From: Stramenopiles sp. TOSAG23-6
Lineage: Eukaryota
Length of the DNA: 36,546 bases
Assembly (NCBI GenBank): GCA_900128565.1
Contig: LT635941.1
Coordinates: forward strand, 1-36,546
Direction: 5' to 3'
Shown here: positions 36,545 to 36,546 of the stretch, one piece after another
Layout: the number at the start of each line of letters is the position of its first letter
Numbering within the stretch: the first letter of the stretch is position 1
The notes under the pieces: generated by a model
What the model was told of the DNA's origin: nothing
The model's input: the letters and a program-made list of their open reading frames with translations, nothing else
Database searches by the model: none
Program-made: the position numbers and the translations under genes

Positions 36545-36546
36545 AG

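Noticed and set aside
1-36546. Prokaryotic or giant-virus origin
   Set aside because: The spliceosomal-type donor and branch point, plant-type LRR, EGF and protist-type membrane domain favour a eukaryotic nuclear locus. No viral or bacterial hallmark gene is present, but it is not formally excluded.

Overview
This is AT-rich eukaryotic DNA, probably from an intron-poor protist; the lineage cannot be fixed from sequence alone. About 97% of the window is two head-to-tail minus-strand paralogous genes for giant Cys-rich cell-surface proteins, separated by a ~940-bp repeat-containing spacer. Gene A (>36544 to 18199) lacks its 5' end and has a +1 frameshift in a C8 run at 35910-35917. It ends in a multi-pass membrane domain. 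Gene B (17260 to <1) starts with a signal peptide. It is interrupted by a 90-nt intron-like insert (9124-9213) that has a GTATGT donor and CTAAC branch motif but no AG acceptor, and then stays open to the window edge, a ~3040-codon stretch the ORF track misses. Joining the two partial copies gives an inferred ~7,500-8,000-aa architecture: signal peptide, LRR, EGF, an ALK/LTK-like Gly-rich domain split by Cys-rich inserts, GCC2/GCC3 (Eph/TNFR-like) repeats, PRC-barrel-like motifs, 2x FN3-like, Cys super-repeats with SBBP-like beta-propellers, CPxGxYC repeats, ~7-8 TM helices, and a coiled-coil/Ser tail. The paralogs differ by gain or loss of whole modules, yet become almost identical abruptly at 1-81 vs 24999-25079. 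This suggests a diversifying tandem receptor array. All domain calls are by-eye motif recognition, not database hits.
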